Origin: Rubrobacteraceae bacterium | Lineage (GTDB): Bacteria; Actinomycetota; Rubrobacteria; Rubrobacterales; Rubrobacteraceae | Reading direction: 5' to 3' | Length of the DNA stretch: 60,536 nt | NCBI GenBank assembly: GCA_035642415.1 | Contig: DASQSI010000166.1 | Coordinates: 1-60,536 of the forward strand | Shown here: piece after piece, positions 1-9,380 of the stretch | How the letters are laid out: each line of letters starts with the position of its first letter | Numbering within the stretch: position 1 is the first letter of the stretch | Program-made: the position numbers and the translations under genes | Notes under the pieces: model-generated | Databases searched by the model: none | Seen by the model: the letters and a program-made list of their open reading frames with translations, nothing else | Told to the model about the DNA's origin: nothing

Positions 1-462
1 CGGCACACACCCCAACAAAGTGTAGAAGCTGAACCTCGCAAAGTTCATTCGCGCGGTCCCTGCCGGGAAGGAGATGAACGTGCGCACTACCGGCAGACAC
101 CGCGAGATGAACACCGTAAACTCCCCGTACTTATCGAACCATTTTTCGGCAACAGCGAGATGGTGGGCGCGCACCCCGAGGTAGCGTCCGTAGCGCAGCC
201 ACAGCTCCCGGCCACCGAAGAGCCCGATAAAGTAGGCGATCCAGGAGCCCGCCAGGTTCCCCAACACCCCTGCTGTGAGCGCCCCTAAAAAGCTCATCTT
301 CCCTAAGGAGACGAGGTAGCCGGCGAAGGGTGAGATTGCTTCGGAGGGTATAAGTATCCCAGTGCTCTCGAGGAGCATCAAGCTGAAGACTGCGAAGAGG
401 CCGTAGCCTCCGATGGTAGCCGTAACCCACTGTATGAGCGGCTGCAGGATCACTTCGAGCAT
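1..462 (-). CDS. DedA family membrane protein (3' part runs off the window)
   Basis: Manual translation from ATG at 462: MLEVILQPLIQWVTATIGGYGLFAVFSLMLLESTGILIPSEAISPFAGYL...SRCLPVVRTFISFPAG. DedA-type LE..G..IPSE and R..P..R..IS.PAG motifs. Not in the ORF track because there is no stop in the window. Alternative ATG at 480. Confidence 0.88.
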   Translation of the reverse strand, partial: MLEVILQPLIQWVTATIGGYGLFAVFSLMLLESTGILIPSEAISPFAGYLVSLGKMSFLGALTAGVLGNLAGSWIAYFIGLFGGRELWLRYGRYLGVRAHHLAVAEKWFDKYGEFTVFISRCLPVVRTFISFPAGTARMNFARFSFYTLLGCVP

Positions 463-595
463 GTGTAGGGAAACTACCATGTATAAGGGGCTATTTCCAA
501 CCTCCGGCTACGGTACGGGTTTTCACCCACTGCCAGGTTCTGCGATAGGCCACGTATAATCCTTCCAGCGACGGAGAACCACGAGGAGGTTCCTC

Positions 596-2302
596 TTGCA
601 CAACTCGCAGATCGCCCGCGCTTTAGAGACCATCGCAACGCTAATGGAGATCAAAGACGAACCCTACTATCGCGTCCTTGGCTACCGACGTGCCGCCGAG
701 TCTGTTGTAGCTTTGGGCCGCCCGGTACAAGAGATCGAGGACCTGAAAACGTTGCCCCACGTCGGGAGCACGACGGCCGCGGTGATAAGCGACCTAGCTG
801 AGGATCGCACTCCCCAGATATTGGCGGACCTCCTAGAGGAAGTACCTTCCGGGCTTGTCGAGATCACCCGTCTGCCCGGCGTCGGCCCGCGCACCGCGGG
901 ACGCCTGTGGCGGGAGCTCGGGATTACGAGCGTCGAGGAACTCGGCGAGCTTCAGGAGGGAACGCTCGCCTCCCTCAAAGGCTTCGGCAAGAAGAGCGAG
1001 GAGCGGATTCTCCGGGCCGCCCGCACCTACGATCCCCGGGAGCGCCGGATGCTCATGGACGAAGCGACGGCACTTGGGGAGCATCTGCTCGGCTTCCTCC
1101 GCTCGCAGGCCGGATGCGAGCAGGCAAAGATCGCGGGTTCCTTGCGACGAGGAAAGGAGACCATTGGAGACCTCGACCTTGTTGCTGCGAGCAGGGACCA
1201 AAAAACTCTGGCCGACACCTTCGCGGAGGCCCCGTTCGTTGACGAGATTCTGGCACACGGCTCGGCGAAGGTCTTCATAAAGTGTGGTGGGGTGGAGGTA
1301 GACTTGAGGATCGTGGCGCCGGAGGAATTCGGCTCGCTTTTACACCACTTCACCGGGGGTCAGGCCCACAACATAGCGCTGCGTGAAAGGGCCGTTAAGA
1401 TGGGCCTTAACATCTCCGAGTATGGCTTGGCGAAGGCCGGGAGCGGTAGATACGAGCCGGTAGCGACGGAGGAGGAGATCTATTCACGCCTCGGCCTCGC
1501 ATACATTCCCCCGGAACTCAGAGAGGACACGGGGGAGCTGCAAGCCGCCGAAAAGGGACAGTTGCCGGCCCTCATCGAGGTCTCTGACGTGCGGGGTGAT
1601 CTGCACGTCCACACAAACTGGTCCGACGGGCGTGAAACCATCGAGACGATGGCCGAGGCTGCGATAGTGCTCGGCCACGAGTACCTCGTCTTCTGCGACC
1701 ACTCGCAGAGTCTCAAGGTGGCTAACGGCCTCTCTCCCGACCGCTTGAAAAAGAAACTCGAAGCCGTGCGTATGGCGGACGAGAAGTACCCCGAGATACG
1801 CCTCCTCTGCGGCTCGGAGGTGGATATACTCAGAGATGGGACGCTGGACTACGAGGACGGATTGCTCGCCGAGCTCGACTTCGTAGTGGCCTCCGTGCAC
1901 ACCTCGTTTCGGATGGGTGAGGACGCGATGACGGAGCGCATCATGCGGGCGATGAACAACCCCTACGTCCGCACAATCGGGCATCCCACCGGCCGGATCT
2001 TAAACCGTCGCGACCCCTACGCGGTGGACGTCTCGCGTCTAATCCAGGAGGCGAAGACAACGAACACAGCATTAGAGCTCAACTCCTACCCGGACCGCCT
2101 TGACCTCGCCGTTCCTTACGTGCGGGAGGCAGTAGACGCCGGGGTGAGGATCACTATAGACACCGACGCTCACGACACGACGGCCCTAAGCTTCATAAAG
2201 TTCGGGATAACCCAGGCCCGGCGTGCTTGGGTCGAGAAGGCGAGCGTCATCAACTGTCTGCCCCGCGAGGAGTTTGAGGGGTACCTAATAAGAGAGAAGT
2301 GA
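596..2302 (+). CDS. polX: DNA polymerase X family / PHP-domain 3'-5' exonuclease
   Basis: HhH motifs (LPGVGP, LKGFGKK), GSLRRGKETIGDLDL with both catalytic Asp plus VDLR, and PHP motifs DLHVHT, DHS, HPTGR, DAH. GAGGAGG RBS before the TTG start. Confidence 0.95.
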   Translation: MHNSQIARALETIATLMEIKDEPYYRVLGYRRAAESVVALGRPVQEIEDLKTLPHVGSTTAAVISDLAEDRTPQILADLLEEVPSGLVEITRLPGVGPRTAGRLWRELGITSVEELGELQEGTLASLKGFGKKSEERILRAARTYDPRERRMLMDEATALGEHLLGFLRSQAGCEQAKIAGSLRRGKETIGDLDLVAASRDQKTLADTFAEAPFVDEILAHGSAKVFIKCGGVEVDLRIVAPEEFGSLLHHFTGGQAHNIALRERAVKMGLNISEYGLAKAGSGRYEPVATEEEIYSRLGLAYIPPELREDTGELQAAEKGQLPALIEVSDVRGDLHVHTNWSDGRETIETMAEAAIVLGHEYLVFCDHSQSLKVANGLSPDRLKKKLEAVRMADEKYPEIRLLCGSEVDILRDGTLDYEDGLLAELDFVVASVHTSFRMGEDAMTERIMRAMNNPYVRTIGHPTGRILNRRDPYAVDVSRLIQEAKTTNTALELNSYPDRLDLAVPYVREAVDAGVRITIDTDAHDTTALSFIKFGITQARRAWVEKASVINCLPREEFEGYLIREK

Positions 2303-2316
2303 GTGTTTCTCTTAGA

Positions 2317-3336
2317 CTAGGGGTTTGGTGTAGAGACTACGGCACCTTCCGTCCCCCGGTCCTCGGTCCAGATAGCTGGGTCTTCGGCGTGGTCAGCCTC
2401 GCCCTGCTCCTCGAGCCAGCGCTCGGCGTCTATGGCTGCCCGGCAACCGTCGGCGGCGGCGGTGACCGCCTGGCGGTAACGCTTGTCGGAGACGTCGCCC
2501 GCCGAGAACACGCCAGGGACGCTCGTCATGGTATGTTCGCGCTGGATTATGTAGCCGCCCTCGTCCATCTCTACAAGGCTCCTGAAGAGGGTGGTCGCGG
2601 GCTCATGCCCAATGGCTGCAAAGAATCCATCCACCGCCAGCTCGCGCTCTTCGCCGGTCTTCACATTCTTTATCCGAACGCCCTCGACGCTGTTCTCGCC
2701 AAGCACCTCCTCGACCACCGTATCGGTGACGAAGGTGATCCTGAGGTTCTTGCGGGCGCGTTCGAGCATGATCTTGGAGGCCCTAAACTGGTCGCGCCGG
2801 TGAATAAGGACAACCTCGCCGGCGTACTTGGAGAGGGTGAGCGCTTCTTCCATCGCTGTGTCGCCCCCACCGACTACCGCGACCTTTTTGTCCTTAAAGA
2901 AAAAGCCGTCGCAGGTAGCGCATCCGCTCACCCCACGGCCCATGAGGCGCCCCTCGCCGGGGAGCCCTAGCCACCTGGCCTTTGCACCCGTGGCGATGAC
3001 GACCGCCTTGGCAAGGGTGGGCTCCTCCTCGCCTTCAGCCCATAGCTTGAACGGGCGCTCAGAAAAATCCACGCTCTCCACGTTGTCCAGGCGCATCTCG
3101 GCGCCGAACCGGGCGGCCTGCACCTCAAAGTCGTCCATCATGTCCGGGCCCATCACGCCGTCCCTGTACCCTGGATAATTCTCGACGTCGGACGTGAGCA
3201 TGAGCTGTCCGCCCGACTCGAACCCCTGAAAGACCAAGGTGTCCAAGTTAGCCCGTGAGGCGTACAGAGCCGCCGTGTACCCTGCCGGGCCGGAGCCGAT
3301 GACGACGATATCATAGGTTTTCTCGGCCAACACCAA
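2317..3336 (-). CDS. trxB: Thioredoxin-disulfide reductase
   Basis: GSGPAGYTAA, CATCDG redox motif, GGGDTAMEEA, GDV..YRQAVTAA. Confidence 0.97.
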   Translation of the reverse strand: MVLAEKTYDIVVIGSGPAGYTAALYASRANLDTLVFQGFESGGQLMLTSDVENYPGYRDGVMGPDMMDDFEVQAARFGAEMRLDNVESVDFSERPFKLWAEGEEEPTLAKAVVIATGAKARWLGLPGEGRLMGRGVSGCATCDGFFFKDKKVAVVGGGDTAMEEALTLSKYAGEVVLIHRRDQFRASKIMLERARKNLRITFVTDTVVEEVLGENSVEGVRIKNVKTGEERELAVDGFFAAIGHEPATTLFRSLVEMDEGGYIIQREHTMTSVPGVFSAGDVSDKRYRQAVTAAADGCRAAIDAERWLEEQGEADHAEDPAIWTEDRGTEGAVVSTPNP

Positions 3337-3507
3337 ACACTCTCCTCAAATATGCGAGTTCCCAACCATTACATTTTACATCGGATTTCGCGGTTGGTTC
3401 CGCGCCAAGTCGCTATAGATCAGCTTGGCTCCATACAGGCGAAAGGCTAGTATACGAGTGCCCATCCGTGGCGGACGGGTCCGGCGGACAGGGAGCAAGG
3501 AAGGGCC

Positions 3508-4644
3508 ATGCCGGTAGAGTTCAAGGGGAGCGAAGGTCGCACCCTAGGGATCGAAGAGGAACTCCACATCGTGGACGCGACCACGGGGGAGCTCGCTCCG
3601 AAAATAGAAGAGATCATGTCACGGCTGCCGGAAGACCTCAAGGAGGCTGTCTCCTACGAGCTCTTCCAATCTGTCCTGGAGATAAAGACGCCACCGTGCG
3701 CGACGGTCGCCGAGGCCGAGAGGCACCTCAGGGAGTTAAGGAGCCGGGTCGGGTCGTGGGTCACGGCCGGCGGAACCGCGTTGGCCTCCGCCGGCACCCA
3801 CCCCTTCTCCCGCTATCAGGACCAGAAGATCACTGAGCTTGAACGTTACAGAAGGGTTATCGACACACTGCGCTGGGTTGCCAAGCGTGAGGTGATCTTC
3901 GGCCAGCACGTCCACGTGGGCGTGCCGGGGAAAGGAGAGGTTATCGAAGCCCATAACCGCCTTGCGGAGCAGGTACCGCTCCTCCTCTCGCTCTCCTCTA
4001 ACTCTCCCTACTGGCAGGGAATGGACACCGGCTACGAGTCTACGCGTACCAAGATTTTCGAAACCTTCCCGCGCTCCGGCCTGCCCCCCGCCTTCCCCGA
4101 CTATGAGGCCTTCGAAGACTACGTGGACCTCATGATCGCCGCCGGCGCGATAGACGACTACACCTTCTGCTGGTGGGACGTAAGGCCCCACTCTAACATC
4201 GGCACCATAGAGTTGCGCGCCCTCGACTCTCAGACGAGCCTCAGGTACAACACCGCCCTAGCTGCCCTCACCCAATGTCTCGTCGTCAAGGTACTCTCCG
4301 AAAACCCACGAGGCCCCTATAACCGCGAACTCACCATCGAGAACAAGCTGCGCGCTTCCCGCTACGGCCTAAATGCTTGCTTCTACAACGCCGAAAGAGG
4401 TATATCCGTCTCCGCCAAAAAAGCGGCTCGCGCGCTCGTCGACGAACTACGCCCTATATCCCAGGACCTTGGATGCGAGAACGAGCTTTTGAGAGTCTTG
4501 TGGATAGTCGAGAATGGTACCGGCAGCCAACATCAGCGCCGCGTCTACGAGAAGAGCGGCGACTTCCTCGAAGTCGTTGCTTTCCTTATAGAGAACACCC
4601 GTCAGGCGACGGTCGAAGCCTCCAGCGAGACGGGCGAGGGGTGA
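3508..4644 (+). CDS. ybdK: Carboxylate-amine ligase (glutamate--cysteine ligase family 2, YbdK-like)
   Basis: TLGIEEEL, FGQHVHVG, SSNSPYWQG, WWDVRPH..GTIELR motifs. Confidence 0.9.
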   Translation: MPVEFKGSEGRTLGIEEELHIVDATTGELAPKIEEIMSRLPEDLKEAVSYELFQSVLEIKTPPCATVAEAERHLRELRSRVGSWVTAGGTALASAGTHPFSRYQDQKITELERYRRVIDTLRWVAKREVIFGQHVHVGVPGKGEVIEAHNRLAEQVPLLLSLSSNSPYWQGMDTGYESTRTKIFETFPRSGLPPAFPDYEAFEDYVDLMIAAGAIDDYTFCWWDVRPHSNIGTIELRALDSQTSLRYNTALAALTQCLVVKVLSENPRGPYNRELTIENKLRASRYGLNACFYNAERGISVSAKKAARALVDELRPISQDLGCENELLRVLWIVENGTGSQHQRRVYEKSGDFLEVVAFLIENTRQATVEASSETGEG

Positions 4645-4675
4645 CGCTAGAGCCAAGGGTGCTCACCGACCGGCG

Positions 4676-4957
4676 CTATCCTTCGAATCCCAGCGACCAG
4701 ATGCGGTCGAGGTCGTAGTTGGAGTAGCAGCGGAAGGCGACCATCGTCTCGGTGCGATCGATGCCAGGGATCTGGGCAATCTTCTCGGGTACTACCTCGG
4801 CGAGCCGCTCGAATTCGGGTATGCGCACCATAACGACTAGGTCGTACGGCCCCGTCACAGAGTAGACCTCGGTTACGCCCTCGATCCCGAGTATGGCCTG
4901 CGCAGCCTCCTGTACCCGCTCCCGTTCCGTCCTCACTAAGACCACTGCCGTTACCAA
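4676..4957 (-). CDS. Lrp/AsnC ligand-binding domain protein (stand-alone)
   Basis: EVYSVTGPYDLVVMVR...IPGIDRTET pattern of the AsnC regulatory domain. Confidence 0.88.
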   Translation of the reverse strand: MVTAVVLVRTERERVQEAAQAILGIEGVTEVYSVTGPYDLVVMVRIPEFERLAEVVPEKIAQIPGIDRTETMVAFRCYSNYDLDRIWSLGFEG

Positions 4958-4971
4958 ACTCTCGCCTCCTT

Positions 4972-6054
4972 CTAGATGCCGAACGTAACTGTGCCTGTGA
5001 GGGTATTATTGTTCTCGTTCTTCTCGTACTTGACAGGGCCTGCCTTGATGCCTACCTCGGCGGTCTCGTCGAACTCGCCGGGCCTGAAGCCCTTGACCTC
5101 CACCGTGTCCGAACTGCCGGGCTCTATGCGATCGACGGTCGCCGAGAGGGCCTGGCGCTCGGCTCTGGTGTTGAGGACGACCTCTACCGGGACACCGGTC
5201 TCGGCGACCTCGCCATCGTTGTTCACGGCTACAGAGAAGGCGAGTTCGTCGGAGCCGGTGAGGATCACGTTCCCACCTTGGAGCAGAGGCCGCCCGGCGA
5301 CCTGAACTCCGGAGATCCCTACGCCGTGCACGGCGTTAGGGTTGTCAGGGACAGCCGCGTTTTGGGCAGCGGTGGAAAGGCCTAAAGCCTCATAATTCAT
5401 GAACGGTTTAGGTTTATAGAGGTAATTCTGCTCGCTATTTCGTCCCGATGAGTTGAGAGCCTCTTCGGAGGCGGGAACATAGTGGTTACGGATGGTGGCA
5501 TCGCTGATCTTGTAGTCTTCGATCGCTGATGAGAGTTCTTCCCCGAACTTCTCGCGGTCTCCTTTTGCGGCTTTGGCCAGATCCTCGGTAGCGGAGGCTC
5601 GCATACCCAAAGCCGTGACCATGTAGTGGTGGGCATTCTCGAACTCCGGCGGCACCTCCTCGTTGTGCAAAGCGTCCAGGTAGCCCTTCTTGGTCGCCTC
5701 CGCCGCCCTGTCTATAGCCGCGGAATCCAGGTTTGCGGGGTCTTTGAGGGCGCTCGAGATTTCACCTTGCAGCTGCTCGTTACCCACGTTCGCCGAGTCA
5801 CTCAAAATGCTGTCTGCGCCGGTAACGTACTTGCGAATCTGGGTTGACTTCTGGGCCGCCACGCAGCCCCTCGCAACGAAGAAGATGAGAGCGAAGCAGA
5901 GGATGAGGAACAACACGCTCCCCAGGAGCGTCAACCACGGCGGCAACAAGGTGCCCTCGCGGCGGTGCCGCCGCGCAGAGGCGCTCCTTGAATCTGCGGG
6001 CTTAGCACGTCGTGCCCTCGTCCCGGACCTGTGGGATCTGCGCTCTACGAACAA
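4972..6054 (-). CDS. Single-TM membrane protein with C-terminal CARDB/Ig-like domain
   Basis: One TM helix (WLTLLGSVLFLILCFALIFFVA), helical middle, C-terminal VNNDGEVAETGVPV...E.NENNN CARDB-like motif. Start moved to TTG at 6054 because the track start overlaps the tRNA. Confidence 0.65.
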   Translation of the reverse strand: MFVERRSHRSGTRARRAKPADSRSASARRHRREGTLLPPWLTLLGSVLFLILCFALIFFVARGCVAAQKSTQIRKYVTGADSILSDSANVGNEQLQGEISSALKDPANLDSAAIDRAAEATKKGYLDALHNEEVPPEFENAHHYMVTALGMRASATEDLAKAAKGDREKFGEELSSAIEDYKISDATIRNHYVPASEEALNSSGRNSEQNYLYKPKPFMNYEALGLSTAAQNAAVPDNPNAVHGVGISGVQVAGRPLLQGGNVILTGSDELAFSVAVNNDGEVAETGVPVEVVLNTRAERQALSATVDRIEPGSSDTVEVKGFRPGEFDETAEVGIKAGPVKYEKNENNNTLTGTVTFGI

Positions 6055-6105
6055 CCCCCTACCAAGGAGAATAGAAGTCCGTGCCCTAAGAGGACGGCAT
6101 GGTCG

Positions 6106-6189
6106 TGGGCGAGGGGGGACTCGAACCCCCACGTCCTCTCGGACACTAGACCCTGAACCTAGCGCGTCTACCTATTCCGCCACTCGCCC
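6106..6189 (-). tRNA. tRNA-Leu (anticodon CAG)
   Basis: GGGCGAG/CTCGCCC acceptor stem, anticodon loop TT-CAG-GG, long variable arm, GGTTCGAG T-loop. CCA not directly encoded. Confidence 0.95.
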
Positions 6190-6389
6190 GGTCGCCTCGC
6201 TCCCGGCTCCGCCGGTCCCGAAAACCTGGCAAATTCTATCAAGCCGCAAGAGGATAGGCCACGTCCCCTATCATACACAACATATACGCGATACCTTTTA
6301 CGAAACTCTCTCAGGCCTTTTGTCGAGGTTAGTAACGAACAGTTTGTTACTTGTAATAATTTATAATATACGCTATAGAGCGATTACTT

Positions 6390-7994
6390 GTGGCCGAGAC
6401 GCATTACATAGGTGGCTGGGCTTCCGGGCAAGGTTGCTACGCACTCGCGGAGGTGGTCGGACGAGGCGGATTCGCGACCGTGTGGCGAGCCCACCGTGTA
6501 AAGGGTTCCCGGCAGGGTTATTTCGGAAGGTTTGGGGGCAATCTGGAGGTGGCCGTCAAGGTCATCCCGGTCTACAGCTCTCAGGAGCGTTCCCGGGCTC
6601 TTCGGGAGGGTCAAATCGCCGAGGGCCTCCATCACAAGAATATCGTCGAGACCGTGGAGGTGATCCCCGGCGACCTCGAAGTATATCTGGTGACCGAGTT
6701 CGTCCGGGGGCAGCCGCTCGATGCCGCGGCGCAACGCTACGATCTGCGCAAGGTCACGGATGCTTTAGTCCAGATCCTTGAGGCCCTATCCTATGCTCAT
6801 TCGCGAGGGGTTATCCACCGTGACATAAAGCCCCAGAATGTCCTTGTGGACAACTGGGGAAGGGTAAAGCTCACCGACTTCGGCGCGGCCTATCGGGCCG
6901 GTGACACCCGCCTCACGCAGATCGGCTACGCTCTTGGCACCCCCGGCTACATAGCCCCGGAGATCCTCGACGGCCAAGATCCTACAGAGCTCACCGACAT
7001 CTACGCCGTCGGCGCTACCGCTCGCGCCCTCCTCTCCCGCCAGCCGGACGAGCCCCCGCCGCGCCTTTTGGAGTTCGTGAACCGCGCAACCTCCCCGAAC
7101 CCAGCCCATAGACCCCAGAGCGCCGCCGCTGCCTTAAGGCTTCTCACCGGCCGCCGAGAGAGCACTGGGGTCACAAGAAGCGCTTTCAAGGAAAGAGAAG
7201 GCTCTCCGGTCGGGAGATATGCTGGCCAGATATTGAGGATCGTAAACGGGTTGGTGGCCGGCTGGCTCGGCTATCTTGGGGGTGGTCTCCTACTCGATGG
7301 GGCCGGCGCCCTAGGAGTTGCGGCAGGCTTTGGGGTCTTGGGCTACCTCTTGCCGCGCCTCGGGGCTTTCGGGGTGATAGTCGCTCTGGCTGTGGCGCTC
7401 ATCAAGAGTCACCAGGTGGGCCTCGGGTTCGCGACGCTACTGCCGACCGTGGGAGGTTTGTGGGTCGCCGCCAGTTCCGCCAGCCAGAGCGTGCGCTGGC
7501 TTCCTCTGGGGCCTCTACTCGCCATCCCGCTCGGCGCAGGAGGACTCGGCGCGGGGCTACCGCTCTTTCTAGGGGGTATCATGCGTCCCTTGGGAGCTGC
7601 CCTTTCAGCGGCGGCTGGAGCGTTCTTGCTAGTAGTTTACGATCTCGCCTGGGGGGACGGCGTGGTTCCTTACCTGGGGCTCGCTTTAGGCAACCTTCCC
7701 AGGACTTTGGGGCCCATGGAGCTACTCCAAAGGGGCGAGATGCTCGTGCAGACGTATCCTGCGCTCACCGTGCTGGCCGCTTTGTGGGCCGCCATGGCCG
7801 GGGTAGTCTCTGTAGCGGAGCGCTTCGGGGGTTGGGCACTGGGGCTCACCCTCGCGAGCGGCGGGGGTGTTTTGGGGTACGCGTTCGCGATTTCGTTTGC
7901 GCCAGCCGCGTTCTCCCAGGCTATGACTTCCCTGAGCTTCGCGGCTATAATATACGGTACTATAAAGTACCTTGAGTCTAGGTTCGGTGGATAA
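6390..7994 (+). CDS. Hanks-type Ser/Thr protein kinase with multi-pass membrane C-terminal domain
   Basis: GRGGFATV, VAVK, HRDIKPQN, DFG, GTPGYIAPE motifs. The C-terminal ~260 aa are hydrophobic with many predicted helices. Confidence 0.9.
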   Translation: MAETHYIGGWASGQGCYALAEVVGRGGFATVWRAHRVKGSRQGYFGRFGGNLEVAVKVIPVYSSQERSRALREGQIAEGLHHKNIVETVEVIPGDLEVYLVTEFVRGQPLDAAAQRYDLRKVTDALVQILEALSYAHSRGVIHRDIKPQNVLVDNWGRVKLTDFGAAYRAGDTRLTQIGYALGTPGYIAPEILDGQDPTELTDIYAVGATARALLSRQPDEPPPRLLEFVNRATSPNPAHRPQSAAAALRLLTGRRESTGVTRSAFKEREGSPVGRYAGQILRIVNGLVAGWLGYLGGGLLLDGAGALGVAAGFGVLGYLLPRLGAFGVIVALAVALIKSHQVGLGFATLLPTVGGLWVAASSASQSVRWLPLGPLLAIPLGAGGLGAGLPLFLGGIMRPLGAALSAAAGAFLLVVYDLAWGDGVVPYLGLALGNLPRTLGPMELLQRGEMLVQTYPALTVLAALWAAMAGVVSVAERFGGWALGLTLASGGGVLGYAFAISFAPAAFSQAMTSLSFAAIIYGTIKYLESRFGG

Positions 7995-8000
7995 GTTTCT

Positions 8001-8879
8001 TTGGGTTTCCTGCGACTAATAGAGAAGCGGATGGAGTCCCTTGTGGAGGGTGTTTTCGGCCGTGCCTTCAAGCGGCAAGTCCATCCGGTCGAGATCGCCA
8101 AGGGTCTCACCAAGCAGATGGACGAGAACCGCATGGTAAGCGTTTCGCGCATCTACGCCCCGAACGACTTCACCATCCACCTCTCCAAAGCTGACGCGGA
8201 ATCCATTCAGGCCTACCAGAGCGCCTTGAAAGATGAGTTGATCCAGTACGTCTCGACCCACGCCCAGTCGAAGAACTACCACCTCATGACCCCACCCAAG
8301 ATCCACTTTCTCACTGAGGACTCCCTGCGCTTTGGCGAGTTCGGCGTGACGGCCAAGCTCACTGGCGGTGATGGACCCCGCGAAAAGGGTGCCCCCCAAG
8401 ACACCTCGGGACAGACCCGCATCTTCCGCACTGAGAAGGCCGAAGACGAGGCGCGAGAACCCCAGGGGACGGCCGCCATCTCCGCCGAAGAAGCAAAGAA
8501 GCAGGGGCTTGCGTGGGAAGTGGCAGAGCTGATTTTGGATGACAAAACGTACCCGCTGGAGGGTCAAGGGCCGTGGAGCATCGGGCGTTCCGAGGAGAAC
8601 GACGTAGTCATTTCCAACCCGAACGTGTCGCGACGGCACGCCCAGCTCTCGCGCCTAGAGAGCGGCTTCCTCGTCGAGGATCTCGGCTCGACCAACGGCA
8701 CCCTCCTCGACGGTGCGCCCATAGACCGTGAGCGCATCGAGAGCGGCGATGAGCTGACCTTCGGAGGAGTTACCGTCCGCTTCGTCCGCCGGACGGACCG
8801 GAGGGCTTCATCCCTCAAGGATCCTTGGAATTTCGGAGGGGCCACGACGCGCAAAAAGGGCAATTACGAGGAGCGCTAG
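8001..8879 (+). CDS. fhaA: FhaA (DUF3662 + FHA domain)
   Basis: N-terminal VEGVFGRAF..VHPVEIA...APN. C-terminal FHA IGR..VSRRHA..DLGSTNGT. Confidence 0.9.
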   Translation: MGFLRLIEKRMESLVEGVFGRAFKRQVHPVEIAKGLTKQMDENRMVSVSRIYAPNDFTIHLSKADAESIQAYQSALKDELIQYVSTHAQSKNYHLMTPPKIHFLTEDSLRFGEFGVTAKLTGGDGPREKGAPQDTSGQTRIFRTEKAEDEAREPQGTAAISAEEAKKQGLAWEVAELILDDKTYPLEGQGPWSIGRSEENDVVISNPNVSRRHAQLSRLESGFLVEDLGSTNGTLLDGAPIDRERIESGDELTFGGVTVRFVRRTDRRASSLKDPWNFGGATTRKKGNYEER

Positions 8880-8883
8880 CGAC

Positions 8884-9372
8884 ATGCTCGACCTGCAGGT
8901 GCCGCTGCTGGCGGCCAAGGCCCTACTCCTCCTTTTGCTCTTCGCTTTTATCTACACCGTGGTCCGACGTAGCATCGGCGACTTGCGCTCTGTGCCCGAT
9001 GATGAGCCTTTCGTTCCTGGGGAGAACGGTACCCGGCGCCACCGTCCGGAAGCCTATGCCGAAGGCCAGGACGATTTCTCCACGCTCGTGGTCGAGGACT
9101 CTGAAGTTCTTGCGCCCGATACCCGATTCCTGATAATGAGCGGCACGACGAGCATTGGGCGTTCGTCCGCGAGCGACATCGTCTTAAAGAGCGATGACTA
9201 TGCCTCCGGGCAGCACGCCAAGCTTACCCGTCACGGCGGTCTCCTTTACGTCGAGGACATCGATTCGACCAACGGCACCTACGTTAACGGCCGCAAGACC
9301 ATTGGCGCCACCCCTTTAAAGAGCGGCGACCGGGTACGGGTAGGATCGACAACCTTCAGGTATTCGGAGTAG
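8884..9372 (+). CDS. fhaB: Membrane-anchored FHA protein (FhaB/FipA)
   Basis: N-terminal TM plus FHA (IGR..DDYASGQHA..STNGT). Lies between fhaA and pstP. Confidence 0.88.
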   Translation: MLDLQVPLLAAKALLLLLLFAFIYTVVRRSIGDLRSVPDDEPFVPGENGTRRHRPEAYAEGQDDFSTLVVEDSEVLAPDTRFLIMSGTTSIGRSSASDIVLKSDDYASGQHAKLTRHGGLLYVEDIDSTNGTYVNGRKTIGATPLKSGDRVRVGSTTFRYSE

Positions 9373-9380
9373 TGTAAGGG

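Noticed and set aside
5690-6781. 363-aa plus-strand ORF spanning tRNA-Leu
   Set aside because: Overlaps the tRNA and two real genes; a shadow ORF in GC-rich DNA.
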